DNA of 64,000 nt from Lentisphaeria bacterium (GTDB taxonomy: Bacteria > Verrucomicrobiota > Lentisphaeria > Victivallales > Victivallaceae), in assembly GCA_017504435.1 (NCBI GenBank), contig JAFVRD010000035.1, forward strand, positions 24,606-88,605. Reading direction: 5' to 3'. A program made the position numbers and the translations under genes. Shown piece by piece: positions 59,001 to 64,000 of the stretch. Below the pieces are notes generated by a model, which was given only the letters and a program-made list of their open reading frames with translations, searched no databases and had not been told where the DNA came from. Numbering within the stretch: position 1 is the stretch's first letter; each line of letters opens with the position of its first letter.

Positions 59001-61609
59001 AAACGGATGTACGCCTCCTGCGGTGCGGCATCAAGAGTAAAAGTACGGCGGATCACCGCTTTGCCTTTTTCAATGCCATCCCACAACGCATAGCCCTGCC
59101 ACTCATTGTTGTAAATAGCACGTTCCCGGTTGACTGTAAAATTTTTATCCACCGCGACAGAACGGATAATGGCACTGCCGGAGTTGCTGCTGACGGTCAA
59201 AGTTGCCAGCGATGCGGTTGACGGGACTTCAAAATCCAAAAAACACGGCGGAGCAAGCGGACGCTCATACCGGGCCAGCACTTTATCTCCGGCATCGCGG
59301 AAAACCAGAGTCACGACTGTATCCGGAGCGACATTGGCGGAATCAATGATCATCCGGTATTCGACCAACGGATTCAACCGGGCGGTTTTCCACATAAAAT
59401 TGCCGGGGAATTTGATTTTGAGACCTTTTTTGACTTTTTCAAGTTTCACGCCGTCGGCGATAAAATCCCGGCTGATAAGAGCGTCGGCACTGTTGATATT
59501 GAGTGTGGAGAAATCTTCAAAAAATATCCGGTTGCCGGAAGGTTGAAATTTTTTAACGGTGACATCATCAAAATTGCATTTGAATACCCCGTCACCGCCG
59601 GTGACTGCAAAACGGAGAAAACCATCCCGGGAAGCCTTGTATCTCACCGTGAATTCACGCCAGGAATGTTCGGGAAGCATGGATTCATGCCGCTGATAGG
59701 CACGCAATGCCCGTCTGCCGGGGCCCATGACCCGGATATCTTCACTGACCCGGCCCTTTTTGTCTTCAAGTTTAAAGAGTGCGGAAATATTTGCATCGGT
59801 GAGGCTTTCCAGACGGTAACGCAGAGAAAGTTGATAAGTTTCGCCTTTTTTCACGACGGCGCGGCTGGCAGTCGGCACGGCGATCTCAAAATCTCCGGCA
59901 AAGTTGGTTTTTTCGACCCGCAGAGAGGATTTTCCGGAAAAAGCGTTGACAGTATCGAGCGAGAATTTCTGTTCAGAACCCTCGGCTTTATCCAACCGCC
60001 ATTGAGCCAAGTCACCTGATTCAAAATCAAGCCTCAAATCAGAAACACCCGCAGTTTCATTAGCGGGTGTTTCGGTTTCATTCACAATTTTTACTGAGAT
60101 ATTTGTCAACACTCCATCTGCTGTACGCCCGCTGTAACCGCCGAAACGGAAACCGCTTCCACAGCAGAAACTCTCCATGGGGAACTTCCGCAGCAATCTG
60201 CCGTCCAAATAGAGTTTGCCTTCGCCTTTGGCCCATGTCAACCGGACTTTGAAAGTTTTACCGGCGGCAACCGGAACGACGGTTTCACAACCGGGCAGCG
60301 GTTTTTTATCATCGTAATGATGGAAAAAGAGCCGCAATTTGCCATTGGAAAGTTGATTGATACCGAGTTCGGTTCTGCCGCTGCGGAAAAACGGATAGGT
60401 ATTGATTTTGCCGGGAGCCAATGCTCTGGAGAAATTACCGGTGAATTCAAAAGAGATCTCACCGGATTTTGCACCGGAAAGCATTTCCGCATTGATACTT
60501 TCGCCGGGAGCATCGAGTTGTTTTTCGCTGTATATTTCAGCCATTCCGCTGCCGGAGGCGGCAGTGGTGGTATCGGTGATGACAAAGTTCTCAAATTTAC
60601 CGTCGGCGAGGCGGAGCGGTTTGCCGCCGCTGCTCATCCCGCCGATGGCGAATTTCCGTCCCCACGGGATGGAGGTCAGTTTGGATGAGCCGATCAGTCT
60701 GCCGTCAAAATAAAGTCTCGTACCGGTTTTGCCCCATTCGGCTTTTACGGTAAAGGGTTTGCCGGGAATGATTTTGACCACTTTTTCCATGCCGAATGAT
60801 TTTTTATTTTCATCGCGGGGGTGGAAAAAGAGCCGGAGAGTTTTCTCGGAAAGCTGTTGGATGCCCAATTGATGTGCGCCGGAATAGAACAACATATAGA
60901 GGTTCTCTTTGCCGCGTTCAAAACGGTCAAATTTTCCGGTGAATTTGAAAGAGATCGTACCGCCGTCAGGATTGAGGACGCCATCGGCATCTTCATAGAT
61001 GCACTTTTCAGTGGCATCGTATTCATCCCGGGTATAGGTCGGAGTTGCCGCGGAGGCGGTCTCTGCCTTCAGGGAATCGGTGATCACGATATTTTCGAAC
61101 ACACCTCCGGCGACCCGGATCGGCTTGCCGCCGCTGCTCATGCCGCCGATCATGAAATTCCGTGCCCACGGAATGGAGGTCAACTTGGATGAACCGATGA
61201 TTTTACCGTCGAAATAAAGTTTCGTACCGGCTTTGCCCCATTCGGCTTTTACGGTAAAGGGTTTACCGGGAATGATTTTGACCACTTTTTCCATGCCGAA
61301 TGATTTTTTATTTTCGTCGCGGGGGTGGAAAAAGAGCCGGAGAGTTTTCTCGGAAAGCTGTTGGATGCCCAACTGATGTTCGCCGGAATAAAACAGCATG
61401 TAGAGATTGTATTTCTCCTGACCGAAACGGTCAAATTTTCCGGTAAATTTAAAAGATATTGACCCGCCGTCAGGGTCCAGAATGCCCTCGGAACTGTTGC
61501 CGAAGCCTTTGACCGAAGCATCATATTCTTTCAGGTTGAATGTTTCAACCGCCGTCAAGGTCAAAGCGCAGAAACACAACGCCACGACTAACGATAAATA
61601 TCTCTTCAT
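56042..61609 (-). CDS. Giant secreted protein: signal peptide, 3 LamG/concanavalin-like repeats, CBM-like and galactose-binding-like domains, GH42-like region
   Basis: Start set to ATG 61609 ([20 protein letters not shown] signal peptide); the track start at 61717 adds 36 unlikely residues. Architecture parallels the 10122-15023 protein. Confidence 0.65.
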   Translation of the reverse strand: MKRYLSLVVALCFCALTLTAVETFNLKEYDASVKGFGNSSEGILDPDGGSISFKFTGKFDRFGQEKYNLYMLFYSGEHQLGIQQLSEKTLRLFFHPRDENKKSFGMEKVVKIIPGKPFTVKAEWGKAGTKLYFDGKIIGSSKLTSIPWARNFMIGGMSSGGKPIRVAGGVFENIVITDSLKAETASAATPTYTRDEYDATEKCIYEDADGVLNPDGGTISFKFTGKFDRFERGKENLYMLFYSGAHQLGIQQLSEKTLRLFFHPRDENKKSFGMEKVVKIIPGKPFTVKAEWGKTGTRLYFDGRLIGSSKLTSIPWGRKFAIGGMSSGGKPLRLADGKFENFVITDTTTAASGSGMAEIYSEKQLDAPGESINAEMLSGAKSGEISFEFTGNFSRALAPGKINTYPFFRSGRTELGINQLSNGKLRLFFHHYDDKKPLPGCETVVPVAAGKTFKVRLTWAKGEGKLYLDGRLLRKFPMESFCCGSGFRFGGYSGRTADGVLTNISVKIVNETETPANETAGVSDLRLDFESGDLAQWRLDKAEGSEQKFSLDTVNAFSGKSSLRVEKTNFAGDFEIAVPTASRAVVKKGETYQLSLRYRLESLTDANISALFKLEDKKGRVSEDIRVMGPGRRALRAYQRHESMLPEHSWREFTVRYKASRDGFLRFAVTGGDGVFKCNFDDVTVKKFQPSGNRIFFEDFSTLNINSADALISRDFIADGVKLEKVKKGLKIKFPGNFMWKTARLNPLVEYRMIIDSANVAPDTVVTLVFRDAGDKVLARYERPLAPPCFLDFEVPSTASLATLTVSSNSGSAIIRSVAVDKNFTVNRERAIYNNEWQGYALWDGIEKGKAVIRRTFTLDAAPQEAYIRFLGHNGAKLFVNGSGFGNGGQFAPGVADVTPVLKSGKNTLALLVSCSSGGKKAMFELFVRDVNGKEYFIVSDDKSKVFSGVPSGKWSENDFDDSAWAFAGIRDGSARDFGNGGTAAIVNNRREDLYIGPRELLNVSKKSYSDKFPADGVMNIALQGDIPEEVTIGRVIFTQGNRRFRLELAPQEIKLDRKNLNIAFAPMFMPPGKYECFLELYRIRFKDGIYLKLGDVTIGAKEKPFKRPVAVVKQSNGKSTLFINGKPHPSGMYCTGRPYCPEVRQMNDWVGIKVHQIYINMRATQPFIHNADLIDDGSGNYDFSITEQVLIDAAAQLRHDPDAYIVPLICNGMPKNFAKDPALQGDLMLTGKGYKLWLDGPKRLGKVGHPYRDMSEVPDRARVSISHASKLKTKMYTDLIRATVEYFEKSPISEKIIGYGISGEMDNQLYPYIPYGGYAGQLGRGDYSAAMLRYFRDFLKKRYVTVEALRAAWQNKEVTFETAQIPSDAERAGANFFVNRAVADYVAAFGWAQLDLTNAMTKTIKDATGGRCLTWLYPSDSAGISGAMHYGYHGICVSTGYYQYNSKSVDMFGNPGNYNLRRNGLSSAQYGAPGSAHLGNKIWSPEMDLRSFCIGAYATTWGPDTLFASQSHWAKEMMTTLRHGAGFRIYTFWPGWLNNAGIMDEVALLQNMSRRQLEMPIRWKPEVCLLIDTAAIEHTGDFTERDMHFFLGATGGFLAAELSTSGTQFDIFYLQDILKDEFPVDQYKVFVFGGTHQISGKLLEAVHNRLHSKDKTLLWRWGDGYLDKYNNLSAAAVEELTGFKVKPFKVPGKMLPLAMVNKEVAPYTSGMKGSTVSGRYRYNVVPALPYFTLDDPQAKILANFTSGEPVLGVKKVRGATSIYAALPAIPSRMIRNIYRAAGVHTYVDNDHDFVSTDGNFLSLHSGVGGKKTVCLPEKVAQVKDLHSGKIVAENSNVIRFDLRANGTALFEIIR
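60620..61453. repeat. Near-identical 330-bp direct repeats, 504-bp period, inside the giant CDS (60620-60949 and 61124-61453)
   Basis: Both copies encode [10 protein letters not shown]...[37 protein letters not shown]...GGMSSGGKP. The central ~130 bp differ at only a few positions by eye. Confidence 0.85.
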
Positions 61610-61846
61610 AAAACAGCCCTTTCTATATTTTACGTTTTTTGAAAACTGTAAGTTTACCCGAATTACTGTAATAAATATAGTCCCAAACTTGTAAAAAAAC
61701 CTTAACTTGACAATCAATTACAAGCACAAAACATCCAAAGACGTCTATTATTATACACAACACACCAGTGTTTGTCAATAGAAAATGAAAAAAAAAATCA
61801 AAAAATTAAAAATTCGTTATTTTTTTGCTCTTCACATTTTCAGGTA

Positions 61847-61875
61847 TTGCTTTTTTTAAGTTTTGAATGTATAAT
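61847..61875 (+). promoter_or_regulatory. Candidate sigma70-type promoter for the Pmp-like gene
   Basis: TTGCTT-17 nt-TATAAT, preceded by TG. About 46 nt upstream of the ATG at 61921. Confidence 0.35.
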
Positions 61876-61920
61876 ATGTTCAGGGTTATGTTTTATCAAC
61901 GATTAAAGGAGAACCGAATT

Positions 61921-64000
61921 ATGGCGATCACAATCAATGAAAATCCGGCAACATGGGATGATATCCTCGCCGGAGAAGTTGTCAAGGGTGACAAAATCAC
62001 GATTTCCAAAGATGAAAATGCTGAACACGGCGAGATAATCTCCTCAGACGAAGTGCGGGAAGCCTCCCTGACCGGTGGAATCATTTACGATATCAGCGGT
62101 GCGACTTTTTCCGGCAATACCGCCACCGTTGCAGGCGGCGCGCTCAATATCAGCAGTAACGGAAATGAAATTTCCGGCACCCTGTTTCACAACAATGCTT
62201 CCAGTCAAAAAGGCGCTGCCATATCTCTGGTTTCAGCAGCCCTCAACATTTCCGGCTGTACTTTCACCGGCAACACCTCGACTTACAGCAACAGCGAGGG
62301 CGGCGGTGCAATATATATTGACCTCAGCAACACCTCTCATGTCATAAATATTTCCAACACCACTTTTTCGGATAATCATTCCCAGAAAAACGGTGGCGTG
62401 ATCTACTACCATTCAACAGCCGGACAGGTGAACCTGACCAATGCGCTGGTCGTTGATAACTCCTCTATAGATAGCGGTGCCATCCGCAACCTGCGGGGCA
62501 CGATGACTCTGTCCGGAGTCACCTTTGCAAACAACAGTTGTTATAGCAATGTAAACGGTTCTGCTCTGCGAAACGGCGGACAGATGACCTTTGCCGGAGA
62601 AATCATCCTCGGAGCAAACCAAACCGTTTACAACACCGGTACTATTACCATCGATGCTGAAAAATTCATCACCGGCGATGCCCTGCAAATCGCCAAAGTC
62701 GTTGATGCCGAGGGTGAATGGTACTACGACAACAATGGTACAGGCGTGTTGACCTCTTCGGATGACTCGCTGCTGCTGCACACGTTCAACAATGACCTCT
62801 TCATCACCAATGCTGATGCCGACACCACATTCAATACGGTTGACTACATTGTCACTGCCGAAGGCACAGTAACTACTGCGGTCGATCAGAAAAACAACAC
62901 GATTTATCTTGCCGCCAATGCGACCAGCGATCCGTCGGTAGCGACAGGCAAGACCAATTCGGTTATCAGCGGCACATTGTCCGTAAACAGTGCAACCACG
63001 GTCAAAGGAACTAGAAATATTACCGGCATCTCCAATGCCACACTCATTGCAACTTCTGAAACAGCAGAATACGCTGCATTTCAAAGCAGCAGTGAAGGAT
63101 GTGTCTTCTCTGTATCAAATATTTCGTTTACCGGCTTTAAAAAAGCGATCACCAACGCAAGAACGATGACTGTTACCGGATGTACTTTCAATAACAACGC
63201 AACTGCATTGGCTTCAAGCAGCAAAACAATTGTTTCTGACTGTATGTTTGTCGGTAATACCTATTCTTACGGCAACGGTGGCGGCTCAATGTATGTCGAA
63301 GGCGGAACAACCACCATTACCGGAACTACATTCAGTTCAAACTCATCCGTCAGCAAACGCGCAGGAGCGATTTATCTGCGTGATGGAAATCTGATTATCA
63401 ACAACACTTTGTTTTATAAAAATCACGGTGCAGGCGGCGATGGAGCAATATACGTTTACATGGGAAGTCTGACCCTGAACGGGGCAACCTTCAATGGCAA
63501 CTACACTGACGGCAGTGCCGTAAAAGGTACAGTAGGCATCAGAAGCGGTCAATCCCTTTATTTGAGCGGAACGGTTTTCCTGGATAAAAATCAGTCTATC
63601 CGCAACGAAGGAACAACCACTGTGGTCGGCAGTTCTTTTTTCACAGCGGATATGCAAACTGCGACTGTCCTCAACGTACTTAGCGCAGACAATTCTTTTG
63701 ATGACAGTTTTATCAACACCTCCGGCACATTAACTGTCACTGATGGTAAACTTTATGTCGCCGGTAACGACCTTATGGTCACTAATGCCGACGCAGTGGT
63801 CACCGATGATGAGACATTCGTCGATGCTCTGGCGGATACCAAAGTCATCTATGCAGATCTGGCAGCGGCCCTCGCCGACAGCGGCAAAACCCTGCTGGCA
63901 AAGGATTATTCCTCCGAAACTGCGTTGGAAATCACTTCGGCTGAATCCATCGGCGCAAACGGAAACGTCACTTTGGATGTGCCGCTGACCGTTACCGAAA
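61921..64000 (+). CDS. Pmp-repeat (GGAI/FxxN) parallel beta-helix protein, 3'-truncated by window edge
   Basis: Not in the supplied track because there is no stop before the window end. I hand-translated 693 codons with no stop. AAGGAG SD 9 nt upstream. About ten FxxN...GGA(I/L/V)-type pairs. Confidence 0.75.
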   Translation, partial: MAITINENPATWDDILAGEVVKGDKITISKDENAEHGEIISSDEVREASLTGGIIYDISGATFSGNTATVAGGALNISSNGNEISGTLFHNNASSQKGAAISLVSAALNISGCTFTGNTSTYSNSEGGGAIYIDLSNTSHVINISNTTFSDNHSQKNGGVIYYHSTAGQVNLTNALVVDNSSIDSGAIRNLRGTMTLSGVTFANNSCYSNVNGSALRNGGQMTFAGEIILGANQTVYNTGTITIDAEKFITGDALQIAKVVDAEGEWYYDNNGTGVLTSSDDSLLLHTFNNDLFITNADADTTFNTVDYIVTAEGTVTTAVDQKNNTIYLAANATSDPSVATGKTNSVISGTLSVNSATTVKGTRNITGISNATLIATSETAEYAAFQSSSEGCVFSVSNISFTGFKKAITNARTMTVTGCTFNNNATALASSSKTIVSDCMFVGNTYSYGNGGGSMYVEGGTTTITGTTFSSNSSVSKRAGAIYLRDGNLIINNTLFYKNHGAGGDGAIYVYMGSLTLNGATFNGNYTDGSAVKGTVGIRSGQSLYLSGTVFLDKNQSIRNEGTTTVVGSSFFTADMQTATVLNVLSADNSFDDSFINTSGTLTVTDGKLYVAGNDLMVTNADAVVTDDETFVDALADTKVIYADLAAALADSGKTLLAKDYSSETALEITSAESIGANGNVTLDVPLTVTE

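Noticed and set aside
62413-63084. 223-aa minus-strand ORF listed in the track
   Set aside because: It lies antisense to the uninterrupted 693-codon Pmp-like frame, which has an SD and a strong repeat signature. The plus-strand reading is preferred.
1-64000. tRNA, rRNA, tmRNA, RNase P RNA, riboswitches, IS elements, integrases
   Set aside because: No T-loop-type GGTTCGAATCC-like motifs were seen. No intergenic region longer than about 330 nt exists, and those present are AT-rich without GC-rich stems. No transposase or integrase motifs appear in any listed ORF. This was a visual scan only, so small RNAs could have been missed.

Overview
Dense 64 kb bacterial chromosomal segment, coding on both strands, about 50% G+C by eye. 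SD-type RBSs (AAGGAG) are used. By eye I found no rRNA, tRNA, CRISPR array, IS element, transposase or integrase. Taxon is an inference: an H-X9-DG/DUF1559-type prepilin, a Pmp-repeat protein, PPi-dependent PFK and a long-form iPGM suggest a PVC-superphylum organism (Lentisphaerota/Victivallales-like). Most genes are housekeeping: rng, uvrC, ispH, nadK, trmH-like, lpxA, gpmI, fabK-like, uppP, proC, pfp, gatCA, ruvC, tatD-like, tcdA, rpsD, an amino-acid ABC transporter, lepB, two PilT-type ATPases, etfBA plus acyl-CoA dehydrogenase, and rpoZ. Accessory content: (1) An AraC-controlled rhamnosidase locus (2.7-15 kb) ends in a 1633-aa secreted multidomain glycosidase. (2) A 1681-codon polyvalent-protein-like ORF with two zincin HExxH modules sits alone between the gpmI and fabK terminators (19.9-25.3 kb). 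Its 5' end looks decayed and carries an SD-led 64-codon ORF in another frame. This is my best candidate for something unusual. (3) A small secreted protein has four perfect 21-bp (HRPAPKH) repeats. (4) A sugar-enzyme cluster ends in a nucleoside 2-deoxyribosyltransferase-like gene. (5) An 1855-aa secreted LamG-repeat/GH42-like protein lies directly upstream of a pseudopilin gene. (6) A Pmp-repeat (GGAI/FxxN) beta-helix ORF of at least 693 codons runs off the right edge. It is absent from the supplied ORF track, and I translated it by hand. All family assignments come from motif recognition only; no searches were run.
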